Positions 52,901 to 61,522 of a DNA stretch of 64,000 nucleotides are shown here, in pieces; positions within the stretch are counted from its first letter, which is position 1; each line of letters starts with the position of its first letter. The notes under the pieces are model-generated. The model saw only the letters and a program-made list of their open reading frames with translations. It made no database searches and was not told the origin of the DNA. The stretch lies in NCBI RefSeq assembly GCF_001194135.2, contig NC_068988.1:87578972-87642971 (forward strand). Reading direction: 5' to 3'. The position numbers and the translations under genes were made by a program. The DNA is from Octopus bimaculoides. Its lineage: Eukaryota.

Positions 52901-54813
52901 AAAACCGACCATCTGTTGATGTTGAGTATGTGTGCTATTGTACACACATACATGTATATATTCGCATGTATGAAGACAAATGTAGGCACATTTGTGAGTG
53001 AATGTCATTGCGCCATATGTTATACATATACAGTTATCAGTTGAAGTAAACAAGACATGCAGTGACTTCCACCCCCATCATGCCACACTACTCTCCTCCT
53101 CTCACAGAAAGACAGAAAAAAACACCAATGTGAAAGGGGGAGGATGACTGTCATCCCCCACCCCACCCTACCCAACAAAACAGGTGGTGGGGGATGGAAG
53201 TGGTAGAGTGGAGGCAATGTAGGCAATTATAGCAGCAAGTAAATATCGTTATCTAAACCCCAACACTCCTCTAAGCATGAACAGTATGCAATCAGAAAGC
53301 TCAAAATTGCTACAAACGCTACGCTGTGCCATCACTTGGCATCCCTTGGTGTGAACATACATTATCAAAATAGCAAGGACTTCATCACATAACCCTGGCC
53401 TTACCCTCTCTCATCAGAGCCAGACTATAGTCCAGCATCCAGCAACTGCTCTTAACCATCTACAAAACTCTGGTGAGACCCATCCACAATGTTCTGGAGG
53501 TTCTGATTAACCCTTTGACATTCACATTAATTTACCAAATGTAATGCTTTTATATCCACCCCACTTTTCAAAAATTAATCATGTAGCATCTTGTATCTTC
53601 AAAATTTTGAAGATGTAATTGTTTGTATTTAGAACAACATTGTAGGGGAGATGTAAGAGGCTGGATCTGACCAGTTTCAACATAAAACCGGTAGAATATC
53701 TGGGCCAGATATACCCGGTTTAAATCTAATTAAACCCTTTCGCATTCCAAATACTATGTCAAATGTAATGGTTATATTAATTCATATTATTTTGAATTTT
53801 TTTTGTTTTTTTTTCAATATGTAAAATATTATTTTAGCCACAACATCTTTTGTATATTTTAACTTCATTTGTTTATCTTTTGTTTCAGCCATTAGACTGT
53901 GGTCATGCTGGGGCACTGCCTTGAAGAATTTCAGTCACATTAATCGACTCCACTACATTTTTTTTTAAAGCCTAGTACTTATTCTATTGGTCTCTTTCGC
54001 TGAATTGCTAAGTTACAGAGAAGCAAACACACCAACACATTTTCAAGTGGTGGTGGAGAGGACAAACACTAAAACACACAAAAACCCATATATATATGCA
54101 TGTATATATATATGTGTGTGTGTGTGTGTATGTGTGTGTGTGTATATATACACACAGACACACTTTATTTTATCAACACCCTGAAAGGATGAAAGGCAAA
54201 GCCGACCAATATGGAATTTGAATTCAGGTATGGCTGTGTGGTGAAGAGGGCTTCCTTCACAACCACATGGTTGTGGCACCTTGGGCATGTGTCTTCTACT
54301 ATTGTCTTGGGCCGACCAAAATCTTGTCAGTAGGTTGGTAAATGGAAACTGAAAGAAGCCTATCATATATGTGTGTGTGCCTGTGTTTTTCCTCCCACTG
54401 CCACTTGACTTTTGGTTTGTTTACATCCCTGTAAATCATTGGTTTGGCAATAACAGACCAATAGATTAAGAACCAATCTGAAAAAAACAAAAAAACACAA
54501 AAGTACTGGGGTCGTTTCATTCAACTAAAACTTCTTCAAAGCGGTGCCCCAGCATGGCTGCAGTCTAATGACTGAAGCAGATAAAAGACAAAATATAATT
54601 TAAAGAACTAGAAGAAATATCACTGAACTCAGCCAGCTTGTTGCTTTCCTTGTGAGTAAAATAATAAAAAAAAAAAGAAAGGAAAGAAAAAATTATAAAA
54701 TAACAAAAACCAACCAGAATAAAAACATTGTAACAATGAAGAACATTGCGTAAACAGACGGTACAACGATCTTGGTCATCAGTCTGTCGGATTCGAGTTT
54801 TGCTATCATCCAT
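2448..54813 (-). CDS. Tetraspanin (CD151/TSPAN11/TSPAN18-like, 6-Cys EC2), 8 coding exons, 297 aa
   Basis: Manual splice join(54813-54715,36359-36159,27056-26982,13760-13641,8297-8204,7873-7731,5911-5828,2525-2448) = 99+201+75+120+94+143+84+78 = 894 nt. All GT-AG, phases 0,0,0,0,1,0,0. The protein has 4 hydrophobic segments, an inner-loop GCCG, EC2 CCG...VPRSCC...C...GC and juxtamembrane Cys. Orthologue name not assignable without a search. Confidence 0.93.
2606..3020 (-). repeat. About 1.4 tandem copies of a ~285-bp repeat with a tRNA-like head
   Basis: The gtaatattt...caggacttgaacctgcac block occurs twice. The minus strand reads cagcttaattggta (A box) ... ggttcaagtcc (B box). Confidence 0.55.
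3062..3345 (+). mobile_element. tRNA-SINE family B, degenerate copy
   Basis: gagttcaattcc B box, ttgagcaagacact, gagaactatgttaagggtaca...gatcaactggaa body shared with the 17.4/21.5/28.2/41.5 kb copies. Confidence 0.75.
3575..5105 (-). mobile_element. tRNA-SINE family A (CORE/MIR-like ccttgggcaagt motif), split by a Tc1 insertion
   Basis: The tail half (3575-3780) and head half (4940-5105) flank the Tc1 element, which sits at the internal (TA)n spacer. Confidence 0.75.
3783..4935 (+). mobile_element. Tc1-superfamily transposon, DD36E (Incomer-type), disrupted transposase
   Basis: TIRs caggggttggacaaaataatggaaacacct / aggtgttttcattattttgtcccgcccctg with TA (left) and CA (right) flanks. Transposase pieces at 3971-4883: MTDLSDFQRGQIVGA..., PTVKHGG, FQDDN..IH, SPDLN..EHLW, GGPTPY. 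Frameshifts and an internal deletion are present. Confidence 0.93.
5130..5390 (-). mobile_element. CR1/L2-like LINE RT C-terminal remnant
   Basis: The minus strand encodes KALMRSTMEYCSHIWDSAA and LSLCIFYSYNNDLCS, like the YKA.VRP.MEYCSH.W and SLFYRY...CS motifs of LINE RT tails. Confidence 0.55.
5828..5911 (-). CDS. Tetraspanin coding exon 7 (GCLDKIREHLIKRAIILGLVAGSIPILL)
   Basis: ctttcag|GGTTGC ... TTATTA|gtaagt; 84 nt; GC motif and TM4 start. Confidence 0.94.
6040..6612. mobile_element. piggyBac-like MITE fragment interrupted by a tRNA-SINE (6303-6560)
   Basis: The cacacctaccctacaatgtcattctaaaaataaac body is shared with the 38.4, 50.7-51.2 and 52-53.7 kb copies; ends in aaagggTTAA. Confidence 0.6.
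6905..7075 (-). mobile_element. RTE-type 3'-tail repeat
   Basis: tttaatgtccgttttccatgc...ccttcctaatgccaaccact, the same motif as the RTE 3' UTR at 24.8 kb. Confidence 0.65.
7100..7480 (-). mobile_element. tRNA-SINE family A, full length
   Basis: Head gtggtaagtagcttgcttaccaaccacatggttctgggttca, core ggcaccttgggcaagtgtc, tail gactgaaac...taaagag. Confidence 0.85.
7731..7873 (-). CDS. Tetraspanin coding exon 6 (QSPYVPRSCC...KCTG...NHDLNTE)
   Basis: cctttcag|AATCT ... ACCGAA|gtatgt; the phase-1 start matches exon 5; PxSCC motif. Confidence 0.93.
8204..8297 (-). CDS. Tetraspanin coding exon 5 (LQCCGIKGGENSSFSWSVYKLRSEWYRRNPE)
   Basis: tgtacag|CTGCAGTGTTGTGGA ... CCAGAGC|gtaagt; CCG motif; ends in phase 1. 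Confidence 0.95.
8802..10070 (+). mobile_element. mariner transposon (DD34D, mellifera-like), full-length pseudogenised copy
   Basis: TIRs ttgggttggctagagagtaatt / ctactttcttgccaacccaa+TA. Motifs EHFRHILLFYFRKG, WVPH, HHDN.RSH, HPPYSPDLAPSDY, with 34 residues between the 2nd and 3rd Asp. Multiple frameshifts. Confidence 0.93.
10203..11367 (+). mobile_element. maT/DD37D-type transposon, disrupted, left end missing
   Basis: NEKNFNQD...HTKFPATVMVLGAVSNEGHVMPP...WPPNSPDLNPLDYY. The probable right TIR ends at ...catccag|TA. Confidence 0.88.
12185..12780 (-). mobile_element. RTE LINE 3' remnant (RT C-terminus plus 3' UTR)
   Basis: STLPHMILQGTV motif followed by the ggcatccagctgtagaaacc...ccatgccagcatgg tail. 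Confidence 0.6.
13641..13760 (-). CDS. Tetraspanin coding exon 4 (EC2 helices A/B, VTKDIVKHM...TDAWDSLQRQ)
   Basis: gtctacag|GTAACC ... AGGCAG|gtaagt; 120 nt; typical Y...T.AWD.LQ motif. Confidence 0.93.
15926..16262 (+). mobile_element. tRNA-SINE family A (5' end lost in the gap)
   Basis: cccactgcgtggcaccttgggcaagtgtc ... gactgaaacaagtaaaagagta. Confidence 0.85.
16270..16790 (-). mobile_element. Cluster of Nin/Deu-domain-like tRNA-SINE copies
   Basis: The minus strand contains gcctttTatcattttagggtcgataagtaccagttgaacactggggtcga, similar to the Deu/Nin domain; about 3 partial copies. Confidence 0.6.
17446..17804 (-). mobile_element. tRNA-SINE family B, young copy
   Basis: Head ggaggcgcaatggcccagtggctagggc...ggtttcgattccc, (caa)n tail. 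Confidence 0.88.
18038..18295. repeat. Long fold-back (two 121-bp arms, 16-nt loop)
   Basis: 18038-18158 against the reverse complement of 18175-18295: 103/121 identical, no indels. Confidence 0.92.
19315..19870 (+). mobile_element. Second maT/DD37D transposase C-terminal fragment
   Basis: IKHPVNIMAFGVI.SDGDIMPP...WEQD...WLPNYPDCNSLDYYVWG; 37-residue D-D spacing across one frameshift. Confidence 0.85.
19872..20266 (-). mobile_element. tRNA-SINE family A, full length
   Basis: Near-identical to the 7100-7480 copy. Confidence 0.87.
21520..21893 (-). mobile_element. tRNA-SINE family B
   Basis: Same head, body and tail as the 17.4 kb copy. Confidence 0.88.
24770..25340 (-). mobile_element. RTE LINE 3' end (RT C-terminus, 3' UTR, (ATT)n tail)
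   Basis: Minus strand HWYGHVMHINENSCIKRCRSLIVAGTSRRSRPRK..., then gttggcattaggaagagcatccagc...acccatgccaacatggaaaacagacgttaaatga(tta)n. Confidence 0.8.
25470..26040. repeat. Degenerate 25-bp minisatellite (agcagaaaactatggaagccaatat)
   Basis: Units such as agcagaaaactatgaaagacaatac and agtggaaaactatggaagtcaatat. Similar units resume near 26430 after inserted repeats. Confidence 0.75.
26982..27056 (-). CDS. Tetraspanin coding exon 3 (TM3, YSGTLSFMLLFLTVSCGMAFYFRRQ)
   Basis: ccatttcag|TATAGT ... AGACAG|gtaggt; 75 nt, phase 0-0, the expected size for a TM3 exon. Confidence 0.88.
27200..27420 (-). mobile_element. RTE-type 3'-tail repeat, young copy
   Basis: (cat)n cgtttaacgtccgctttccatgttagcatgggttggacg..., near-identical to the 43.4, 50.1, 59.4 and 62.1 kb copies. 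Confidence 0.85.
28180..28537 (-). mobile_element. tRNA-SINE family B with target-site duplication
   Basis: Flanked by tgaccacaagta at 28167-28178 and 28542-28553. Confidence 0.9.
29040..29490 (-). mobile_element. mariner transposase C-terminal remnant
   Basis: VMLCIW..., QQDNARPHA, PHSAYSLDLTPSDYY, WYQRGVKELAERW; stop codons present. Confidence 0.75.
32582..33245 (+). mobile_element. Two head-to-tail family-B SINE copies separated by (TG)n
   Basis: Copies at ~32582-32895 and ~32935-33245, each with a ggcttagtggttaggg A box, gttcgatcc/gttcgatacc B box and gatcaactggaac tail. Confidence 0.75.
34372..34785. mobile_element. Non-autonomous TIR element, copy 1 (right end degenerate)
   Basis: Co-linear similarity over ~400 bp to 62835-63290. 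Confidence 0.65.
35430..35725 (-). mobile_element. RTE-type LINE 3' end encoding two C2H2 zinc fingers
   Basis: CGVCQRACKSNGGLKRHVRIH and CSLCWCFFKTLSGLKSHIRRH, stop at 35478, then a short tail into microsatellite. The RTE at 63.4 kb has a similar degenerate finger. Confidence 0.6.
36159..36359 (-). CDS. Tetraspanin coding exon 2 (rest of TM1, EC1, TM2, GCCG loop)
   Basis: ttccag|ATATTAGGC ... GGCTTT|gtaagt; 67 codons, ILGCGALAVGIW...FCGCCGTMREDKCVLGF. Confidence 0.95.
38228..38989. mobile_element. piggyBac-like TTAA element whose terminal 80 bp is tandemly repeated ~5.5 times
   Basis: TTAAcccttttg at 38228 and caaaagggTTAA at 38989. The period is 80 (acaaagaag at 38543, 38623, 38761, 38841, 38921), with a 10-N gap inside. 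Confidence 0.75.
39108..39750 (-). mobile_element. Internally deleted mariner element
   Basis: TA-flanked TIRs caagttggtatcaaaaagttcccagattagt / actagtctgggaactttttgataccacctag. The N-terminal EQRADVKFCIKL..SATET is fused to the C-terminal HPLHLPDLTPTDF.LFPKMK. Confidence 0.88.
40038..40087 (+). ncRNA. Degenerate minimal hammerhead ribozyme motif (Penelope-type)
   Basis: CTGATGA (40042-40048) ... GAAA TAGCTA TC: intact core and palindromic stem III, but stems I and II are eroded. Confidence 0.4.
40333..40381 (-). ncRNA. Degenerate minimal hammerhead ribozyme motif (Penelope-type)
   Basis: gtct-CCGATGA-a-gggaag[tactggat]cttccc-a-GAAA-CAGCTG-TA-agac; U4C core substitution. Confidence 0.5.
41491..41876 (-). 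mobile_element. tRNA-SINE family B, full length
   Basis: Complete head, body and tail; gatatataca repeated on both flanks. Confidence 0.9.
42745..43065 (-). mobile_element. tRNA-SINE family A (5'-truncated)
   Basis: Matches the 7100-7480 copy. Confidence 0.83.
43420..43995 (-). mobile_element. RTE-type tail (43420-43625) abutting a family-A SINE (43625-43995)
   Basis: Both consensus motifs are readable. Confidence 0.78.
44400..44670 (+). mobile_element. RTE LINE RT remnant
   Basis: VVDSFYNL...SSEG...; VKSRLDDA.VRSVILHDSETWILNAE...RLERNEES. Confidence 0.65.
44668..44850. repeat. 14-bp minisatellite (tatgtataatacag)n
   Basis: About 12 units, bracketed by duplicated agtattctctactg. Confidence 0.85.
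46480..46625 (-). mobile_element. Penelope-like terminal remnant carrying a minimal hammerhead motif (46557-46602)
   Basis: gacac-CTGATGA-a-ggctg[gagagtacat]cagcc-GAGA-CGTT-gtgtt. Confidence 0.55.
47039..47243. mobile_element. mariner-derived MITE (left end in the gap)
   Basis: ctgaaaagttcctgg ... ggaactttccagcaccccttgt inverted ends. Confidence 0.6.
48946..49113. mobile_element. Small MITE with ~31-bp TIRs
   Basis: tatttatccccacttaaacgtgaatgttctg against the reverse complement of cagaacatttgcgtttaagttgggataaata: 28/31. Confidence 0.75.
49716..50711. mobile_element. Tigger/pogo-like MITE with long subterminal inverted repeats; RTE tail inserted at 50062-50340
   Basis: TA|cagttatcactcgccatatcgtggttcac ... 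gtgaaccgcgatatggcgaggtattactg|TA; the inverted similarity extends ~150-170 bp. Confidence 0.82.
50722..51200. mobile_element. Two oppositely oriented piggyBac-like MITEs (50722-50954 and 50974-51200)
   Basis: TTAAcc...ggTTAA termini on each; homologous bodies in inverted orientation. Confidence 0.78.
53300..53500 (+). mobile_element. CR1/L2-like RT remnant
   Basis: QLLLTIYKTLVRP motif. Confidence 0.45.
53875..54590. mobile_element. Inverted pair of family-A SINE copies (minus ~53875-54120; plus ~54225-54590)
   Basis: The tail motif appears as tttcagccattagactgtggtcatgctgggg and as its complement ccccagcatggctgcagtctaatgactgaag. Confidence 0.7.
54715..54813 (-). CDS. Tetraspanin coding exon 1 (MDDSKTRIRQTDDQDRCTVCLRNVLHCYNVFIL)
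   Basis: Acceptor tttccag at 54853-54854 (exon starts 54852), ATG at 54813, donor CTG|GTTGGT. The CxxCL...YN pattern is typical of the tetraspanin N-terminus and TM1 start. Confidence 0.85.
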
Positions 54814-55067
54814 ATGATTCTCTTCAACAGTTGATGCTTGCTTCTTGAGAGACTGGAAAGACACAGAAAAGAAAGGATATATTAGTGAAGGTGAAGTACA
54901 CAAGAGCATTTTACAGAAATATATGTGTGTTTGTCATACTGTTTGGTGGTTTTTTAGTTCCAGATAGTTCCTGAACAAGCAAACCTAAAATCAAAGTTGT
55001 TCCAATTCTGACCATCCCAAGAAAGAATACATTAAATGGGTGAAATACACAAGGGCATTATACAGAA

Positions 55068-55098
<31 letters not shown>

Positions 55099-57124
55099 NN
55101 NNNNNNNNNNNNNNNNNNNNNNNNNNNNNNNNNNNNNNNNNNNNNNNNNNNNNNNNTGGTGGTTGTTTAGTTCCAGATAGTTCCTGAACAAGCAAACCTA
55201 AAATCAAAGTTGTTCCAATTCTGACCATCCCATCTTTTTTTTTTTTTTGTAGACATTGTAAGACTACATTATGAGATGTTTACTTCAACTCTTTTGGAGG
55301 AGATTTGGCTGCTACTTTTAGCAAATAGGAGGACCATGCAAGGCTTCTATGATGCTTAACTAGTGTTTGAATATGGTGTTTTTCTATACATGTGGTTGGT
55401 GGGTGCATATGTGGCTCTATGAAGTGATTGTATGTATGGGGTGAATGTGTGGCTTTGTGGATACATATCTTTAAATAGAGAGTTGGTATGTATTAAACAT
55501 ATGGTTGTATAAATGTTTGTATGTGTGTATATGTGTGTGTGTGTATGCATGTTAATAGGAATGCATACAAATATGTTTCACTATGTTTATTTTAACTTTA
55601 GGCGCTTCTTGTTTAAACAAACTGGTTAGCCTGCATTGATAGAATGACAAAGTCAGTGAAAGATATAATTCCTCAAGGATAGGAAGAAATCTATCCAGAT
55701 TTACTTTCACACACACACACACACAGGATCTGCATAAAGGAATAAAAACTACAAAAAGTAAAAAGAAATATAAAACATTCATCATTATAGCAGATTTGAA
55801 CATGAAATCTTTGGGTTTGGTGCAGATTAACAGCTGAATGCTGAGGGAAAGAGAGTTTACAGGAGTGGAAATGAAAGAAAGATGGAAGACAAGTGTTAAT
55901 TTTGAATAAATCCATGAGGCCCATTAGACTAGAGTGGTTTTTACTGGTGGAGAATAACAAACAAGAGCATCAACAATGATGACAAATCACTGATATTTGG
56001 TAGGGAAAAATAAAAATTCTAAGAAGAAATGGAAGACAGAGGATTTTTTAAAATCGAATACCAACTTTGAACTATGTTTTGGAACCATCTTTAGAACTGA
56101 CTGTACAAATGCTGTAGCACAAATTGTTGTCATTGATGTTATATAGTTCCATAGCAGCACCAATCCAACAGAACTATCATAAAAAAGGTTGTGGTTGTCA
56201 CCATCCCAGACCTGTCCCCCAGAAGTATTGGGGCAGGCATGACTGTAATCAAGAAGCTTGCTTTGGAACCACCCGATTTGGAGTTCAATGCCACCACGTG
56301 GCCTCTTGGACAAGTATCTTCTACTGTAAGCCCTGGGCTGACCAATGCTTTGAGTGAATTTGAAAGACGGAAACAGTGATTCATAATTTAAAGGAGGAAA
56401 TTTGTGAACTTTGAATGTATAAAGAGTATAAACAAGTGTAAAATAGTGTAAACAACTAAAATAAAAATATATCTAAATAACATTTTTTTCTTAATACTTT
56501 TTACGTAGTGGTCGAAGGAAGCTCTGGCTTTCGTTAGGCGTGGTCCACATAACCATTCATGATACAGAGGCTGGGAGCTTCTGTATCGGTTCGGGAATGA
56601 ATCGCCATCACATCACTTAGTTGCAAACACGTTATATAGCTGCAACAGAATGCTGCATCACCAACAATAACATGATTTCTCTAAGACACCACCCAGTAAT
56701 CTATCAAGTCCATTTACACATTTCTCAATACATACTGCTGTTATAACTTCCCTCACTCATAGATTTGCTAGTAAGAACTAATATGTACTTGTGTTTGTCT
56801 TAATTATCCCATATATATATATATATATATATATGGGATTTCACTATATATAGTGAATTCGATTCCCCAAATGGGCTGTATGTTGTGTTCTTGAGCAAGA
56901 CACTTTATTTCACATTGCTCCAGTTCACTCAGCAGTAGAAATGAGTTGCTGGTGCCTTCTCCTTGGATAACATCAGTGGAGTGAAGAGGGGAGGCTGATA
57001 TGCATGGGCGACTGCTGGTCCTCCATAAACAACCTTGCCTAAGCTTGTGCCTCAGAAGTGGAACTTTCTCAGTGCAACTTCATGGTCATTCATGATTGAA
57101 AGGGTCTTTACTCTTTACCCTTTA

Positions 57125-57162
<38 letters not shown>

Positions 57163-59414
57163 NNNNNNNNNNTGTCACCCTGTTTGACAACTGGTGATGG
57201 TTCGCTCACATCTCAGGTCCATAGTGGTTTGGCAAAAGAAACCAATAGAATAAGTACCAGGCTTTAAAAAAAATAAAAAGTACTAGGGCTCTTTGGTTCA
57301 ACTAAACCTTTCAAGATGGTGCCCCAGCAGGGCCACAGACCAGTGACTGAAACGATCAAAAGATAAAAGTGTCTTTTCTTTTTTAAGATGATAGTATGTG
57401 ATTTGCTTCTAGTATGTTGAATTATTAAGCTGAGTCATAGAAGTGGAATTGTTATTGTTGTTCAGACCGAGGTCAGCCCTAAACAGTCGTGTTCTCGATA
57501 CCTTATTTCTTCTATTCAGACCAAGTGTACCTAGGACTACATCATCCGACAGAAACACTGACCAAATGCTTCATGGTACAGGTCAAATCTATTTGACCAG
57601 ATTCTGGCCCAGGGTCAACAAACTTTGAACCAAAGAGGGGAGCCTCTACAACAAGTGTGGGCAACCTCTTTCAAGAAGCAGGCGGCACAAGACATATAGT
57701 CCATTATAAGGCAGGCCACACCACTAAAACTATAAGGCAGGCCACACCACTAAAACTAAGTCATGGCAATTTTCCAATGGCATGTCATACATAATGTCCT
57801 GTAGGTTGCAATCTGCACAAGAGGGAGCATCTACAAGGCCACTTGTAGAGATTACTGACCAAATCTTACTCAAAATCACATCAATGTTTTACATCCATTT
57901 TTTTAGATTCTGCCGGGGTTGACTTTGCCTTTCATCCTTTTGGAGATGACAAAATAAGTAGTAGGAGTTGATGTAATTGATCTACCTGCTCATCTGAAAT
58001 TGCTGGCCTTATACCAAAATTTGAAATCAATATATTTTACATCCATTTCCCATACTAGTTTGGGTTGGAAAGGATCGTCCAAATCCAAATCAGTTCTTAT
58101 TCAAAATATTTCCCTTTTAGAGAGGTCGTAGGAGCAAGCAGTGTACGTTGTATGGGGGGGGGTGAGACTTACCCTGGCTAAAGTGTGCATGTTTACATGT
58201 AGGAATGGTCGGTGGGGAGACAGGGGGCAGCAACAGCAACAGCAGCAGCCATAAAATATTCATAAGAAATAATAACGATAAAAATATCTGATGCAATTAA
58301 GGGGGGAAATAATAATAATAATGCTATATGGTTTTGTTTTTTTTTTGAAAACTGATTCACGCAACATGACTGGCATGTTCAAGTGGAGATACTCTGCTCT
58401 AGACAAGTAGCTCCTTGCTCTAATTGTTCCTAATCTGTACCACGACACCACCACCACCACCATGCAAGATCAACTGACTGAGCCTGACCAACCGGCTGAA
58501 CAACAACCACCAGCATCACAACTACTACTACTATCACCACCACCACCACCACCACCACTACTACCACTATTACTACAAATTATCAAATAACAATCTACAG
58601 TTTCCCTAGCACAACTAACCTACATTATCACAAACACTACAATACTACCACAGGGAATATTACAACCCTTACCACCACCACCACCATCTAGACTATCACA
58701 GCTGCTTACTCTACCACTACCACCATCACTGCTTCCACTTAAACTGTTGCAACTATTATAATACTGCTACCACCATCACCACCACCGACAACACTATGCT
58801 GTCTAAATTATCCCCTCTTTAATCAATAGGTTTCAACTTATAGAGATTACCTTACTTGACCTCTCTCTCAGATGACCCAACAATGCCAGTCACCACCATC
58901 AACACTAAAAACAAGGCACTGCTATCAATCTATGTGTATGTGTGAATGTGCAAACCACTAATAAAGAAACCCTAAGCAAACTATTTGGAAAGGAAACTGT
59001 GTATGCATGCAAGTGTATTTCCAAGATTTTGTCAACAAAATCCAGCCACAGGAATAGCACATCGACTAAAGTGTGTGACTGAAAGCTAAAACAGAAACAC
59101 ATACGGACAAAAACAAACACACTATTATACATACACACACAAACAATGTACTTTTGTGATGCTATATTTTATATTATGTGGAGTGGGCATTTGTGCTGTG
59201 ACAATGTGATATTTCCAATTGCATACGTGCTTGTTTGAATGTATGTGTGTGCGTGCTCCTCTGTATGTCAATCATTCTTTTAATGTCTATTTTTCTATGC
59301 ATGCATGGATCAGACTGAACTTATTGTGGCAGGGTTTTCTGCAGTCAGATAGATGTCCTTCTTGTCATGTATTGAACTCCTAATGAATATAAAACAAATA
59401 TTGTATATTTGTTT

Positions 59415-59610
59415 TCATGCCGGTGGCACGTAAGAGCACCCACTACACTCTCAGAGTGGTTGGCGTTGGGAAGGGCATCCAGCTGTAGAAACTCTGCCAA
59501 ATCAGATTGGAGCCTAGTGTAACCATCTGGTTTGCCAGTCCTCAGTCAAATCGTCCAACCCATGCTAGCATGGAAGGCAGGCGTTAAACGATGATGATGA
59601 TGATGATGAA
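59415..59610 (+). mobile_element. RTE-type 3'-tail repeat
   Basis: ggttggcgttgggaagggcatccagc...ccatgctagcatgg...(gat)n. Confidence 0.85.
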
Positions 59611-60039
59611 TTAAAAACCACCAGTCACATGGCATGTATGAGTTTTATGTGGACTCATCCATTTTTTTCTTATATAACATTGCAATTAAAATAAACAGGG
59701 ACACGCAATTCCATCACTACAGGATCACGGCTGATGTTACCCTTTCTCATATGTTCTGTTTGCTTTGCTTCTACTAAGGCGAGACTGAAATTCGCAGTTT
59801 ACAGCTATTTGATCCTTGTTCCTATGCCTGTGCTTATGAAAAAAACAAATCTTTAGATATGCCCACCACCAGAATTTGTACAACACAGATAGGAAGAGGC
59901 TCCTTGCAGTTATACTAGGCAAGGATACGGAGCAGGGGTACCCAATCCCTATGCCTGCTATAGAGGCTTTCTCACTTTCAAGCAAGGTAATATCTCCCTA
60001 GGGTCAGACATGCTGTTGCAGAATATTGGTTTCAAATGT

Positions 60040-60232
60040 TGGCACAAGGCCAGCAATTTCAGAGAAAGGGAGAAAGCTAATTACATTGACCCCAGTGCTT
60101 AACTGATATTTATTTAATCGACTCCCAAATGGATAAGAAGCAAAGTCAACCTTGGCTGACTTTGAATTCAGAATGCAAAGATGAACAAAATGCTGCTAAA
60201 CATGGTAACCTTTCTGCCAGTTTGTCACCTTC

Positions 60233-60266
<34 letters not shown>

Positions 60267-60455
60267 TAATAATAATAATCCTTTCTGCTATAGGCACAAG
60301 ACCTAAATATTAGGGGATGGGGACAATCGATTACATTGACCCCCAGTCTTCAACTGGTACTTATTTTATCGACCCCGAATGGATGAATGGCAAAGCTGAC
60401 TTCAGCAGAATTTGAACTCAGAATGTGAAGATGGATGAAATGCCGCTAAGCATTT
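60040..60455 (-). mobile_element. Two Nin/Deu-domain-like SINE copies
   Basis: acattgaccccagt...actggtacttattttatcgaccccgaa...ggcaaag repeated twice. Confidence 0.65.
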
Positions 60456-61522
60456 GAATGCAATGGGCTAAGAATAAAAGCTGCAAGGCATTTGTCCATA
60501 ATGGTGCTGTAATATAAGTGGAGAACGTACAACAAAACCAACTAAAATGTTTATAAAGTTGTCTAAGAAAGATAGGAGCAGTTGGAAGTATAAGACAGAG
60601 TACATACATACATACTTTTCCTGTATTGGAAATTGTGAGCCAACATCAGTTGGTTCACAGTTCCTGAGATGTCATCATCAACATCATTATTTCAATGTCC
60701 GTCAGTCTTGCTATTTTTAGTATTTCCTTGCAAGTGTTAACACCAGCTAATACTGAAAGGTCTTTTAAGGAGTGGTGCTTGTCAACGTCATTTCATGCTT
60801 TTAATTGGACAGGAGATAAAATCCACTTGAAGGGGATGTAAAATTCCTCAGAATTTATACATCCTAACAGCTGAGGTAATGGAGAATAGTATGCGGATAC
60901 TATTCTGAGATACCTAAGTTAACAATATCACTGAGTAACTATTAATATAGTACAAAGAGTTATCTCCTGCTTTGGCTGTGTGTGATGGGTAGACATTGAC
61001 TGTTTTTGTTTAGTAATCATCTCTGGCAGGATTACATGTGAGCTACAAGGCCAGTGCTGGATCCGCAGCAGTAATGACCTGTGCTGCACGTGAAACTACT
61101 TGACACAACGGAGAAGTGGTGACTCTCTTGTGCTCTTTTGGTAATGCACCCACATCAGTGGCAGACAGTAAAAGGGTGACTAATTTGCCCCTTCCATCCA
61201 TAGACTGGGGTGGCACCTTGGACAGAGAGCTATACTACACAGTGGAATCTAGTTACAGCTACCCGAACTGTGCTGTTGAGAGCTATGATCATAACCAGTT
61301 ACCACAGTAGAGTGAACGATATCGCTGCAGTACCTATATACAATTAGATAGACTGTATTGCTGACAATTACACTCAACATCTACAGTAGAATGGACTCTA
61401 CCACATTATAGTACATAGGTAAACTTGGCTTTGGACAGTGAAGTGTCTTTGTCACTTGTACAATACAGTGAACTTGTGTGACTGTGTGTGTATGTGTGTG
61501 TGTGTGCATTCTCTTTCTCTTT

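Noticed and set aside
54940-55235. ~75-bp direct repeat on both sides of the 55.1-kb gap
   Set aside because: Probably an assembly overlap around the (TG)n gap; not trustworthy without long reads
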